A stretch of 64,000 bases of DNA. Source: Adhaeribacter swui (GTDB taxonomy: Bacteria; Bacteroidota; Bacteroidia; Cytophagales; Hymenobacteraceae). Under the pieces are notes generated by a model. The model did not search any database. It saw nothing but the letters and a program-made list of their open reading frames with translations, and was not told the origin of the DNA. Positions 20,403-30,913 of the stretch are shown here, one piece after another; position 1 is the stretch's first letter, and each line of letters starts with the position of its first letter. The translations under genes were made by a program, and so were the position numbers. Location of the stretch: the NCBI RefSeq assembly GCF_014217805.1, contig NZ_CP055156.1, positions 1,802,585-1,866,584 on the forward strand, given 5' to 3'.

Positions 20403-20773
20403 ACTTCAAAGGTAGGTATTTTGGTTTAAGTAAGTGGAGGAACAGGTTATTGTTTGAAGATTATTTCTCTTTCAGGTTTTCTTTGGCCCTAATTCCGGTT
20501 ACCCAACCCCGAGTTATTTGGTTTATGGGTGTTGGGTTTTCCTTTCTGTCTGAGGCACCGTGCCTAAAACAGGGATAAGGATGCGGCAATTCCTTTCTCC
20601 ATTCTTATGTTTTTATACTGTAACGTTGAAATTGAGAAAATTTAAAAATTCTACCATTTCGTAATGTCAACCACCCCTGCCCTTCCTTAGATAAGGAGGA
20701 GCATGGGTGGTTAAATTTTGTGGAGAATCGCTGATTTTTTTAAATTTTCTACTAATTGGTCAACCTCGAAAGC

Positions 20774-22678
20774 TCAATCTTTATCGGTTTTACCTTTTAC
20801 CTCCGTTACGGGGCTATCCAGCAACTGCGTCGTTTTTACTAAACGAATAAATTCGGCGCGGTAGCCTTCGCTGTCATTACCTTTAGCATTTTCCGCGAGA
20901 TGAAGCACGCCAGCGTAAGTAGCTTGCCCTTTATGTTCGGAGTCGCGGAGCAGCATGCCAAATGCGGCAACGGCTGCCGCAAAGCGCAAGTTCTCCGAAG
21001 GGTTAGCGGTTAGCGTAGGGTATACTACGTGTTCGAGTAACTGGCTAGTATTACTTGTAGGTTTTTTGTAGCGCAACTTTAGGGTTAGCAGTTCGCCAGA
21101 GAAGTTGTTTTTATCCGCGTTTTTAACGGGTTGGTATTTAAGTGGATCAGCCTCCGCTACGTTCTTTTTACTAGTGGCCGGCACAATTTCGTAGAGCGCC
21201 GTTACGGTGTGGCCGGCGCCTAAATCGCCGGCGTCTTTCTTGTCATTTTTAAAATCTTCGTCGGCTAGCTGCCGGTTTTCGTAGCCAATTAAGCGGTAGG
21301 CTTTTACGTGGGTTGGGTTAAACTCGAGTTGTAGTTTTACATCTTTGGCGATGGTAAATAAAGTACCGCCAAATTCATTCACAAAAACTTTCTTCGCTTC
21401 TTGGATATTATCCACGTAGGCGTAGTTGCCATTTCCTTTGTCGGCTAGTTTTTCCATGCGGCTGTCTTTGATGTTGCCGGTACCAAAACCCAGCACTGTT
21501 AAAAATACGCCGCTTTCTCGTTTTTCTTCTATGAGCCTTTCCAGCTCCGATGTGCTGGATACGCCCACGTTAAAGTCGCCGTCGGTAGCCAGTATTACCC
21601 GGTTATTGCCATTTTTTAAAAAATTCTCCTGTGCCACGTTGTAGGCCAGTTTTATGCCTTCACCGCCCGCCGTTGAACCACCGGCTTGCAGCCGGTCTAA
21701 TGCCGCTAGAATTACTTCTTTTTGGTTTCCTGCGGTTGGTGGCAGTACCAAACCCGCTGATCCGGCATAAACCGTTATGGCTACTTTATCTTGCGGCCGC
21801 AATTGGTTTACCAGTAACTTAAATCCGGCAATTACCAAAGGTAATTTATCCGGCGAATCCATCGAACCCGACACATCAATCAGGAAAACCAGGTTAGCCG
21901 GTGGTAAATTACCCGTAGCAATGTTCTTGCCTTGTAAGGCAATATGCAGTAGTTGATTATCCTGGTTCCAGGGGCAAGCCGCCAGTTCAGTTATTACGGC
22001 AAACGGATCTTCGGGTGTGGGTTGCGGATAATTGTATTTAAAATAATTGACCATTTCTTCTATGCGCACGGCATCTTTGGGAGGTTTTTGACCATTATTT
22101 AAAAAACGGCGCACGTTGCTGTACGAAGCCGCATCTACGTCAATGGAAAACGTAGAAAGCGGGTGACGCTTGGTAGCTAAAAAATTGTTGTCTTCAATGC
22201 GGTCGTATTCTTCGGTATTAAAACGTGGCTGGGAATAATAATCAATGGGCATACTCATCCGGCGGGTTTCACGGGAAACATTTCCTCTTATTCGAACGCC
22301 GCTTACTACTCCGGCTACTTTCCCGGCTAAACTTTGCACGTTGCTATAACCCGTTACCACTACTTCCTCCAATGCCTGATTATTGGGCTGTAGAGCTACT
22401 TTTATCGTATTAGCCGCATTCAGTTTTACTTCTTGAGTAGTAAAGCCTATATAATTAAAAACCAGGGTTTGGGTAGTATGGGGCACTTCCAACTTAAATT
22501 TTCCTGAAGTGTCTGTAACCGTACCAATGGAAGTACCTTTAGCCGTAACCGTAACTCCGGGCAAAGGTTGAAGGGTAGCGGCATCGGTAACTTGTCCGGA
22601 AACTATCCGGGTTTGGGCTAAATTGGAAAAAGCCGTTAGAAAAAAGAAAAGAACGAGTAAGTAGCAGTAGTTTTTCAT
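20774..22678 (-). CDS. von Willebrand factor A domain protein with N-terminal CarboxypepD_reg-like domain (YfbK-like)
   Basis: Signal peptide; CarboxypepD_reg-like GQVTDAATLQPLPGVTVTAKG..DTSGKFKL; vWA MIDAS LVFLIDVSGSMDSPDKLPL. Confidence 0.8.
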   Translation of the reverse strand: MKNYCYLLVLFFFLTAFSNLAQTRIVSGQVTDAATLQPLPGVTVTAKGTSIGTVTDTSGKFKLEVPHTTQTLVFNYIGFTTQEVKLNAANTIKVALQPNNQALEEVVVTGYSNVQSLAGKVAGVVSGVRIRGNVSRETRRMSMPIDYYSQPRFNTEEYDRIEDNNFLATKRHPLSTFSIDVDAASYSNVRRFLNNGQKPPKDAVRIEEMVNYFKYNYPQPTPEDPFAVITELAACPWNQDNQLLHIALQGKNIATGNLPPANLVFLIDVSGSMDSPDKLPLVIAGFKLLVNQLRPQDKVAITVYAGSAGLVLPPTAGNQKEVILAALDRLQAGGSTAGGEGIKLAYNVAQENFLKNGNNRVILATDGDFNVGVSSTSELERLIEEKRESGVFLTVLGFGTGNIKDSRMEKLADKGNGNYAYVDNIQEAKKVFVNEFGGTLFTIAKDVKLQLEFNPTHVKAYRLIGYENRQLADEDFKNDKKDAGDLGAGHTVTALYEIVPATSKKNVAEADPLKYQPVKNADKNNFSGELLTLKLRYKKPTSNTSQLLEHVVYPTLTANPSENLRFAAAVAAFGMLLRDSEHKGQATYAGVLHLAENAKGNDSEGYRAEFIRLVKTTQLLDSPVTEVKGKTDKD

Positions 22679-22791
22679 GGCGGTATTGTTAAGATTTGTT
22701 CCATGATGGTTTAACCGCCGGATTTACACAGGAGAAAAGGTATTATTTTCAAAATAAATTCTTTTATTTAAGTAAGAATTATACGGCTAAC

Positions 22792-23388
22792 ATGTTCCTT
22801 AAACTATTCTCCAAAACACCCAAACCGCCCTCCGACCTGGAACTGGTACAACGCTATCAGGAAACGGGTGATTTGGCTTACATAGGAGAATTATTTGAAC
22901 GCTATACCGAAATAGTGTTCCTGGTTTGCCGCAAGTACCTGCCCGACGAAGATTCCAGCAAAGACGCCACCATGCAGGTATTTGAGCAACTCATTCAATC
23001 GTTGAAAAAACACCAGATTACTAATTTTAAAAGTTGGCTGCACGTTACCGCTAAAAACCATTGTTTAATGCAGCTACGGGCCCAAAAGAGTAAGCCTACC
23101 TTTTCTTTGGATGCCGAACCTAATTTGCATGTGCAATTCAGTAACAGTTTGCATCATAGCAACGGCGAAACCGAGGCCCGGGAACAAGAATGGCAATTAC
23201 TCGAAAAAGCCTTGGATGGATTGCCGCCGGAACAACGTTTTTGCCTGGAGTTGTTTTACCTGCAGGAAAAAAGTTACAGCCAGATTGCCGAACAAACCGG
23301 CTACGATGTAAACCGGGTGCGCAGTTATATTCAGAACGGGCGGAGAAATTTAAAAATTTACGTGGAGAAGCACCATGATGCAACCTGA
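22792..23388 (+). CDS. RNA polymerase ECF-type sigma-70 factor
   Basis: Start trimmed to internal ATG at 22792; region 2 (LVQRYQETGD...FERY) and region 4 HTH (SYSQIAEQTGYDVNRVRSYIQNGRRNL). Confidence 0.8.
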   Translation: MFLKLFSKTPKPPSDLELVQRYQETGDLAYIGELFERYTEIVFLVCRKYLPDEDSSKDATMQVFEQLIQSLKKHQITNFKSWLHVTAKNHCLMQLRAQKSKPTFSLDAEPNLHVQFSNSLHHSNGETEAREQEWQLLEKALDGLPPEQRFCLELFYLQEKSYSQIAEQTGYDVNRVRSYIQNGRRNLKIYVEKHHDAT

Positions 23389-24733
23389 TACTTCCAAATG
23401 GCTTTTGCCCACCGACGGACATCCTTCGCTGGAGCAGCTGCGGCTGTATCAGCAGGAAGAAGAATTATCTGCGCGCAGCCGGCATCAGGTAGAAAAACAC
23501 CTGTTGGATTGTGAATTATGTTCGGATATTTTGGCTGGCATGGCGCTTAGCAACCAGGCGCAAACGCAAGCGGCTTTAAACCAGATAAGCAAGCGGGTAA
23601 ACAACCGCGTGCAGCAGGAATCAACCAAGAAAGTACGCCCCATGTACGGCCCGATGCTGGGAATAGCGGCGACACTGGTTATTTTGTTAGTAAGCGTGGG
23701 ACTATTCCGCTACCTGCAACAACCCGATTCGGCACCGATTACTCGCGAAAATACCGTGGCTAAAAGTTCGCCAGCACCTACTCAATCTGTTCCGGTTTTA
23801 CCCGAAGCCCCAATTATTAAACCCGCTGAACCGCAAGTAGAAATAAATCCTAAAGAAATAAGGAAAGCGCCAATTATAGCCCAGCGTAAGGTAAAGGTAA
23901 GTAAACCAGAAAAAGCCGTTGCAGTTACTACCGATAAACCACAAGAACTATCTTTCCCAATTGATACGGCCGCCGTGCTGGATGCTTTCGCAATAAAAAC
24001 TGAAGACACGCCGCGTGCTGGTTATACAAGTTCTACGCCGCAAGGGAATGCCAGTAAGGTAGATTTAACGGGAGCTTTAAATAAAGTAGCCTCGTCGTTA
24101 GCGGGTAAGCAAATGGGAATAGCCTTGCGGCGAACCGGAACATTTACCGGCCAACGGGTAACCGGTCAGGTTACTGATTCTGAAGGAGAACCTATTGCAG
24201 GAGCCAACGTGGTGGTAAGCGGCACTACCACCGGCACTACCACCGATGCCGCCGGCAAGTTTTCATTGAACGTACCCGCCGGGAAAGATGCCCTTACCTT
24301 TAATTACATCGGGTACCAATCGCAGGAGCAAAAAATTAAGGAGGAAACTACTCTGGCCGTAAAATTAAGAGAGGACCCGAACAGTTTGCAGGAAGTAGCG
24401 GTGCTTTCCTATAGTCAGCCCCGCAACATTGCCGTGGAAGTAACCCGGGCTAAACCGCAAAACGGACGTAAAGAATTTAATCAATACATCCGCGAAAATC
24501 TGCAATATCCCGTCGAAGCCCGGCAGCAAAAGCAGGAAGGGAGGGTAGACGTTGGTTTTACCGTAACGGAGCATGGCGCTTTAACAAATTTTAAAATTTT
24601 AAAAAGTTTGAGCCCCGCCTGCGACGCCGAAGCTATCCGGTTGATTAAAGAAGGTCCGGCCTGGCAACCCACCGTTATGCAGGGCCAGCCCCAACCAGAA
24701 AACGTGCAGGTAAGCGTACGTTTTAAGCTGTAA
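23375..24733 (+). CDS. anti-sigma factor with zinc-finger, TM, CarboxypepD_reg-like and TonB C-terminal domains
   Basis: 14-nt overlap with the sigma gene; HLLDCELCSD zinc-binding anti-sigma motif; single TM; CarboxypepD_reg-like GQVTDSEGEPIAGANVVVSG; C-terminal TonB-like domain. Confidence 0.7.
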   Translation: MMQPDTSKWLLPTDGHPSLEQLRLYQQEEELSARSRHQVEKHLLDCELCSDILAGMALSNQAQTQAALNQISKRVNNRVQQESTKKVRPMYGPMLGIAATLVILLVSVGLFRYLQQPDSAPITRENTVAKSSPAPTQSVPVLPEAPIIKPAEPQVEINPKEIRKAPIIAQRKVKVSKPEKAVAVTTDKPQELSFPIDTAAVLDAFAIKTEDTPRAGYTSSTPQGNASKVDLTGALNKVASSLAGKQMGIALRRTGTFTGQRVTGQVTDSEGEPIAGANVVVSGTTTGTTTDAAGKFSLNVPAGKDALTFNYIGYQSQEQKIKEETTLAVKLREDPNSLQEVAVLSYSQPRNIAVEVTRAKPQNGRKEFNQYIRENLQYPVEARQQKQEGRVDVGFTVTEHGALTNFKILKSLSPACDAEAIRLIKEGPAWQPTVMQGQPQPENVQVSVRFKL

Positions 24734-24967
24734 ACGCAGGCGGTAGCTGTTAAGCTATAATCCGCTGCGGTAAGTTTTTAATTATTATCTTGTTTTGAGT
24801 AGAATAATCCGCCAATTTACCTCAGCGTTTCGGGTTCGTTCTGATGTATTTTTAATTGGCAAAACAGAATTTATCGTACCTGAGCAGCATTAAAATGCAA
24901 ATCAGAATAACTCGAATAAGCTTCAGGTACAACTGTCCATTCCATTTCTAAATTAAGTATATCTACT

Positions 24968-25333
24968 ATGGCCAACGTCTTAAATTATTTACCCGAACTG
25001 GAAGCCGACGAGATGGCTTTTGTGCAAGGCTTTTTTCAAAATTTTAACGAGCAGCAAGCCCAGCAATTCACGGACATTTACCGTTTGCGCCGGAAAAGAC
25101 CTGAGCTTATTCTGTTTACTGCCCTGCTCGGTTTTGTCGGGTTTGCGGGTATTCAGCGCTTTGTGGTGGGTGATATTGGGTTGGGAATTCTGTATTTCTT
25201 TACGGCCGGACTCTGCTTTATTGGTACCATTGTGGATGTAATTAAATATCGCGGTATAGCGTTTAATGCCAATATAAAAGAAGCCCAACGCACCAATATT
25301 CTAGTGATGGGGCAAGCAGGGAATGGTTTTTAA
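24968..25333 (+). CDS. TM2 domain-containing protein
   Basis: 121 aa, two TM helices with ALLGFVGFAGIQRFVVGDIGLGILYFF pattern typical of the TM2 domain. Confidence 0.6.
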   Translation: MANVLNYLPELEADEMAFVQGFFQNFNEQQAQQFTDIYRLRRKRPELILFTALLGFVGFAGIQRFVVGDIGLGILYFFTAGLCFIGTIVDVIKYRGIAFNANIKEAQRTNILVMGQAGNGF

Positions 25334-25369
25334 TGTACTCCCACCGGAGGAAGAAAATTTTAAAAAATA

Positions 25370-25409
25370 AAAAGATAGCGCAGGCATCTTGCTTCCGCTA
25401 TCTTTTTAT
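25370..25409. terminator. bidirectional rho-independent terminator
   Basis: aaaagatagcg-caggcatcttgcttc-cgctatctttttatg between convergent genes. Confidence 0.75.
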
Positions 25410-25442
25410 GCTACATGCCTTGTTCCAGTCTAACTGTAAATT

Positions 25443-28400
25443 TTAAAAATCAGCGGCTGCTACTTTATCCTGACTAAATTGGCCGAGTACTTCTTTAATG
25501 CCGCTTAAACCAGCCGCGATACTTTCCATTTGCGCCAGTACCTGCCCCACCTGGTTGTCTGCACCAAAAGTTTTTAATTTTAAGTTACGGCTAAAGGTTT
25601 CTTTAATGGCTTCCCAGCGTTGTAATTCTGCAGCATTAGCAAATCCGGTAAGTTCTTTAAACTTTAATAAGTTAGCTTCCGCGCCGGTGGCTAGGGTTTG
25701 TGCTTCGGCTTCGTAGTGCGCTAAAATCAAGGTTTCCAGTTCCTGGTCGTTCATCACCGGATTTACTTTTTCGGCCAGCTTGTTCATGTTGCGGTAAGAG
25801 CCTTGCAGTTTAAACGCCGGCTCGGTGCGGTACTCTTCGGCCTGTGCAGCCGAATAGATGTACGCGGTATTTACCCTTAGAATGACATCCCGGATTCTGA
25901 GTAACTTTTGAAATACTCTCACTAATTCGTTTATTTCTTCGGCAGCGTAATTGCCTTCCAGTTCTAAGCTTTCCTTTTCGCCGGTTTCGGCTACCCGGAT
26001 TAAGGTATATATATCTTGCTGGCTTTTGCTGGTGAGTTGGGCCAATGTAACGTTAGAGGTAAGGGCATTTTCCAGGTAACTCAATTTAAAAACTGCTTCG
26101 GTATCGCCGATGATGTCGCCTAAGTTGTAAATATCGGCCCGGTTCGCGAGCATGTCGGGTATCCGGAATTTTTCGCCGGTTTCGGTGTACGGGTTACCAG
26201 CCATAACCACGCATACTTTTTTACCCCGAAAATCGTAGGTTTTGGTTTTACCTTTGTACGTGCCTTCAATTTTGCGTTGGGCATCGCATAACGAAATAAA
26301 CTTTTGCAAGAATTCCGGATTACAATGCTGAATATCGTCCAGGTAAATCATGACGTTATCGCCCATCTCGAAAGCTAAGTTCAGCTTGCCTAATTCTTCG
26401 CGGGCTGCGGCATTCGGCGCTTCGCTGGGGTCTAAAGAAGTAACCTGGTGGCCAATGGCGGGGCCGTTAATTTTCATAAAAATCACGCCCAACCGGTTGG
26501 CAATGTACTCCATCAGTGTGGTTTTACCGTAACCCGGCGGCGAGAGCAGCAATAACATTCCCATCAGGTCGGTGCGTTTAGTATCGCCGGCCGTACCCAT
26601 TTGTTTCGCTAAGTTGGCGCCGATTAAAGGCAAATAAACCTGATCAATTAATTTGTTCCGCACAAACGAGGATAACACCCGGGGCTTAAATTCTGATAAG
26701 CGCAATTCTTCGGCAAAGGCCTGGGTTAAGCCTCTTTTTAGCTCGTTGAATTGTGTAAACCGGGGTGCTACCGTAGTGGCGTAGCTGGTTAATTTTTCCT
26801 GAAACGCGTGAAAATCTAGACGGTATTGCTGCTTTTGAACCAATGGGTGCGCGCCCTGCATACTCGTTACAATCTCGGTTAAAGCCGCGTGATGCACGCG
26901 TTGCAAATTAAAATCATGGGTAAACAAAAGTACTGCGGCTTCTGCTACATAATCGGGGTTAAAGCTACTACCAGCCTGCTGTAAAAAGGCTTTCAGCCAA
27001 TGCTGAATTAACTTAAACTGCTGTACCGGGTTGTTAGCAAAAGCTGCTACAGAAGTATCGTATGTACTTATAACTTTTTTATCTGTTAAATATTGCTGAA
27101 AACCCTGGTACAAGGCCGCAGCCTGGTCCGAGATAATAAAATGGTTCGGGCGAATTAATTCGTAAAACAAGTACTCGCCCGCCTTTTCACTGTTAGCGTT
27201 AGCGCACAACCCGGTTTCGTTTACAAACGCCTGGATACCTAGTTGCAATTCCTGAATAACAGCTTCGAACTGCCGGGTTTCGGGGAAAACCTGTAAAATA
27301 GCGCTTATTCCTTGTAACTGGTTGGTTAGTATTTCTTTCTGATCTTCGGCGATAAAAGCTTTCCAGAATAACTGCGTTGCTGCCCGGTCCAGGGGAGCGT
27401 AGCGCAACAGATCGGCGGTTTTTAAAAATCGAACCAGCACCGTTAACAACTGAGTTGCGTCCTGGTCGTGCACCCCTTTAATGTACCCTTCGTTGAAGCG
27501 CGCCGCCATAAATTTTTGCGTGTACTCCAACAGTTCGGCAGCGGTCAGCTTATGCAAATCATTCACCGACAAATAAGCGAAACCTTCGCTTGAAGCAAAG
27601 TCCGAGGCGCTTTGAGCAGCCTGCAAAATTTGAAAAGCCAGGTACTCGGCCCGGTACACCGTATTATTTTCGGATACCAGCGTTTGTTCCCAAATTGGCT
27701 GATAACTCAAAAAATGCGGGTCGGTTATTTTTTCAAAAAAGTTGGTGCCGGTAAGGTGGTAATACATGGCGTTGTCGCGCAGTACTACGCTTAAATCCAG
27801 CGGTTGGGTATTTACCGTAAAAGCATGCGGCCCAAATTGAATGATGTTCGAACCCACCACAAAAAGCTCGTTTTTGTCTTTTAGCTGCCTTACCGTGTCT
27901 TCTTTTAAGGCTTTTAAACGGCTTTGGATCGTATCGGCTTTCACGGTGTCGCCGATGTGCAATAACTCCACCACGGTATTCCGGACTTTTTCCACCATTA
28001 AATCCGCGGCAAAATACCCGTTTATATCGTTTACCGTGGTAAGTTTGGCTACCCGACCCTGCATGGCTTTTAAAATACGCTCAGCCGTTTGTTGCAGGTT
28101 AGTAGCACGTTTGTTTTGAGCTTCCTGTAAGGCGGCTTTTCTGGATTCAAAAGCGCTGTAAATTTCCTCGCGCTTGTGGCTAATCTGGTCGGTAAACTCG
28201 TCGAAATCCGTGAACTTGCCTTCCAGTTCTTCCAACTGCACCATTACTTTGGCCAGGTATTCTTCGCATTTAGCCGGCGTATCGCAAACATCCAGGTAAT
28301 TAATAACGCTTTGGCTGATAAGCTTGATCTGGGAGTTAAATTCGGCTTTGCCTTCCTGGCTTACTAGTTCTAAACGCTTGCGTTTTAAACCGGCTTTGGT

Positions 28401-30392
28401 TTGATTGAAAGTGGCGTAAATAGCCGAAATAGTATCTACAATCCTAGTGGTTTGGGTGGCGTCTTCTACTTTTAAATTACTGACCACATCAAGGAGCATC
28501 TCCAGCTCACCGGCTATGGCCGCAATGCTTTTCTCGGTAGCATCCGCTTCTACTACTTTCTCAATTTTTTGAATATCAGCTTGGATGTTCCGGATGCGTT
28601 GCTCGTAAGGTGTAAGGGCATCGGGTTGCAGCAGGAAAGTAATGCTGGCATTGGCGGTTTGCTGGGTATATTCCTGTATTTGTTGTTCGTAAGTGTCGAT
28701 TAAAGCCAGGTCAGCGTAGCGCAAATCTTTTAACGAGATCATTTCGCCACGCACCGAACGCAGTTCCGCCAGGTACTTCACGAAATCCAGAATAGCCGTG
28801 GGCTTCTGAATTTTTAAATTTTTAATTAAATCCTCAGCTTTTGCAATTACCTTGGTTACCTGCTCGCGGGTGCTTTTTTTAATGCGCAGTACCTTTTCGT
28901 ATTCTTCTACCGCCGCCGTAGCGCTTTGCCGGATTGCGCTGATGGGTTCCGCCAGGTTATAAGTTTCCGTACGATTCAGCCAGTGGTAAGTATCCAGCAA
29001 ATCGGTGCTCAGCTTGATTAAATCGAGGTATAAATTCCCGTACGAATCTTCTTTTTGTAACAAGGTCAACACCTCGGTGCTTTCGGCCATGGCCCGCACA
29101 ATATCTTTGTTGCCTACTTTATACAGGTAAGAATCCAGGGTTACGGGTATGGCGTAATTGCTGCCAATATAAGGCGTTTGCCAGATTTGGATAGCGTGGT
29201 GTTTTTTGGCTTCGGCATCGGCTTTAAAATAACATAACTCGCCATTTTCAAAAATTGCGTAGCCGTGGCAAACAATCGGGTTTTCTATTTTCTGCGTGAT
29301 TACATTGTACGATAGCAGCAAGTACACGCCGTTGGCTTTGTTGTAAAAGACGAACAGATAATCTTCGCCGTTGGGCGAGGCAATCCGTTTTTCAAAAAGC
29401 ATATCCGCCAAGCCATTGTCAAATTCTTTAAACTCGCCGGTTTGCAGATAATAGCCGTACGCGTAAATAATGCCTTGATTTTCCGGAAGCAGCACGCAGC
29501 AGTTTTCGAGGGCATCGATGCGGCGCACTTCGCGCAACTTCGCGTTAAAAACCAGGTAGCGATACTTGATCTCTTTGTAAGGCCGTATTTTTAAAATTAT
29601 AATGTTGCCGATAATGGCGTAGTAGATTTCCGAATCATCCAGCGTTTGGTCTTTGTCCTCCACGGGTTCGGCGTAAATACCCAAGCCAGTTTCCGTGTTA
29701 TCTTCTACTTTTATGGTGAGGTCGCCGTGGGTGGTTTCTACAAATACTTTGTCTTCGATGGAAACGTGCGGGAACTTGCCTTTGCGTTGGGCTTCCCGTA
29801 CGGTGCGCTTCCAGGCAAAATCATGCTGGTTCGGGAATACAAATTCGTGATCGCTACGATTGTCCACGTAAGTCAGGGAGTTTTCCTTGATCAGCCACTT
29901 AAACGTTTTAATATCGTTTACGCCTTTGCCAATCCGGAACACCATGTACAGGTGCGTACCCATTACCGCAAATTTTACGAACTGGGTGTTCTTGTAATAA
30001 CGATACAGTTTTTTAAAATCATCCAGAAATACCGCGTCCGAAAGTAACGTTAAGGTCTGCTGCTGAAAAGTCCGGTTCTGGTAATTGTAAATACTAAATA
30101 CATCCGCCAGTTCTATCTCCGCTTTTAATCCCAGATGCACGTTATAGCCAAAAATAAAAGAATTTCCCACGGGCACCATGTCCCAAGGAATGCAATTATT
30201 ATCGGTAGTTACGCGTTCCGTAGCCAGCAAAGTGGTAGCGATAGCACCAAAAACCTGCTTGCGTTCCTGGTTTAACTGATTTAAGCGATTACGTAAATCT
30301 TGTCCGCTTTTTTGCAGCCGGCCCCTTAGTATGTCGTAAGTACCGCCTTCTAATTGTACATTTTGGGCAGCTGGTGTATTGTTTTCGGCCAT
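25443..30392 (-). CDS. giant (1649 aa) coiled-coil-rich protein with C-terminal classical AAA+ ATPase module; function unknown
   Basis: Walker A LLLSPPGYGKTTLM (GPPGTGKT-like); Walker B VMIYLDDIQH ~60 aa later; sensor-1 region VCVVMAGNPYTE; ~1200 aa N-terminal region rich in heptad-like coiled-coil stretches. Confidence 0.8.
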   Translation of the reverse strand: MAENNTPAAQNVQLEGGTYDILRGRLQKSGQDLRNRLNQLNQERKQVFGAIATTLLATERVTTDNNCIPWDMVPVGNSFIFGYNVHLGLKAEIELADVFSIYNYQNRTFQQQTLTLLSDAVFLDDFKKLYRYYKNTQFVKFAVMGTHLYMVFRIGKGVNDIKTFKWLIKENSLTYVDNRSDHEFVFPNQHDFAWKRTVREAQRKGKFPHVSIEDKVFVETTHGDLTIKVEDNTETGLGIYAEPVEDKDQTLDDSEIYYAIIGNIIILKIRPYKEIKYRYLVFNAKLREVRRIDALENCCVLLPENQGIIYAYGYYLQTGEFKEFDNGLADMLFEKRIASPNGEDYLFVFYNKANGVYLLLSYNVITQKIENPIVCHGYAIFENGELCYFKADAEAKKHHAIQIWQTPYIGSNYAIPVTLDSYLYKVGNKDIVRAMAESTEVLTLLQKEDSYGNLYLDLIKLSTDLLDTYHWLNRTETYNLAEPISAIRQSATAAVEEYEKVLRIKKSTREQVTKVIAKAEDLIKNLKIQKPTAILDFVKYLAELRSVRGEMISLKDLRYADLALIDTYEQQIQEYTQQTANASITFLLQPDALTPYEQRIRNIQADIQKIEKVVEADATEKSIAAIAGELEMLLDVVSNLKVEDATQTTRIVDTISAIYATFNQTKAGLKRKRLELVSQEGKAEFNSQIKLISQSVINYLDVCDTPAKCEEYLAKVMVQLEELEGKFTDFDEFTDQISHKREEIYSAFESRKAALQEAQNKRATNLQQTAERILKAMQGRVAKLTTVNDINGYFAADLMVEKVRNTVVELLHIGDTVKADTIQSRLKALKEDTVRQLKDKNELFVVGSNIIQFGPHAFTVNTQPLDLSVVLRDNAMYYHLTGTNFFEKITDPHFLSYQPIWEQTLVSENNTVYRAEYLAFQILQAAQSASDFASSEGFAYLSVNDLHKLTAAELLEYTQKFMAARFNEGYIKGVHDQDATQLLTVLVRFLKTADLLRYAPLDRAATQLFWKAFIAEDQKEILTNQLQGISAILQVFPETRQFEAVIQELQLGIQAFVNETGLCANANSEKAGEYLFYELIRPNHFIISDQAAALYQGFQQYLTDKKVISTYDTSVAAFANNPVQQFKLIQHWLKAFLQQAGSSFNPDYVAEAAVLLFTHDFNLQRVHHAALTEIVTSMQGAHPLVQKQQYRLDFHAFQEKLTSYATTVAPRFTQFNELKRGLTQAFAEELRLSEFKPRVLSSFVRNKLIDQVYLPLIGANLAKQMGTAGDTKRTDLMGMLLLLSPPGYGKTTLMEYIANRLGVIFMKINGPAIGHQVTSLDPSEAPNAAAREELGKLNLAFEMGDNVMIYLDDIQHCNPEFLQKFISLCDAQRKIEGTYKGKTKTYDFRGKKVCVVMAGNPYTETGEKFRIPDMLANRADIYNLGDIIGDTEAVFKLSYLENALTSNVTLAQLTSKSQQDIYTLIRVAETGEKESLELEGNYAAEEINELVRVFQKLLRIRDVILRVNTAYIYSAAQAEEYRTEPAFKLQGSYRNMNKLAEKVNPVMNDQELETLILAHYEAEAQTLATGAEANLLKFKELTGFANAAELQRWEAIKETFSRNLKLKTFGADNQVGQVLAQMESIAAGLSGIKEVLGQFSQDKVAAADF

Positions 30393-30441
30393 AAGCGGCA
30401 GTAAACTAAAGTAATTTATGATTGAATGTTAAACGGCATTA

Positions 30442-30861
30442 TTACCCCCATTTGGTTCGGAGCAATTCCAGGTTGTTATCCAGCAAAGCCTTAATAGCTA
30501 GCAGGGCATCGTACTTGGTTTGGTTGGTTCGGCCAGTGAAGTATTTTTCGTTCAGTTTTTGAAAAAGTCCGAAGAAGTATTTTTTAATTTTTGGGCGTTT
30601 ATAGAAGATGTAAAACTCATAATCTTCTACATCGCCCACAATCGAAATACTCACGCCATGTTTGTTATAGGTATTTTCTATTTCCAGAGAAGGCGAAAAG
30701 TAAATTTTATCGCCTTTGGTCTCGGCTACGTTTACTTCGTTTAGCAGTTTCAGCCAGGGCACTTCGTTGAAAATATAAAAATAATCCTTGCGCTCCATAA
30801 TGGTTAGTTCCACGGCCTCGGGCTCGCAGGGCTTGCAAATACTATATCTGAAAGAAGACAT
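30442..30861 (-). CDS. hypothetical soluble protein (139 aa) in flotillin/AAA+ operon
   Basis: Same-strand ORF with 49-bp and 52-bp gaps to its neighbours; no TM or known motif. Confidence 0.55.
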   Translation of the reverse strand: MSSFRYSICKPCEPEAVELTIMERKDYFYIFNEVPWLKLLNEVNVAETKGDKIYFSPSLEIENTYNKHGVSISIVGDVEDYEFYIFYKRPKIKKYFFGLFQKLNEKYFTGRTNQTKYDALLAIKALLDNNLELLRTKWG

Positions 30862-30913
30862 AAAATTAAAAAATAGGGATTAGCTGCGCTTGGCAGACGC
30901 AGCTAACCCATTT

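Noticed and set aside
20667-20716. Hairpin aaccaccc-N28-gggtggtt downstream of the vWA gene as terminator/riboswitch
   Set aside because: No flanking U-run on the relevant strand and no recognisable riboswitch core; possibly just a weak stem-loop.
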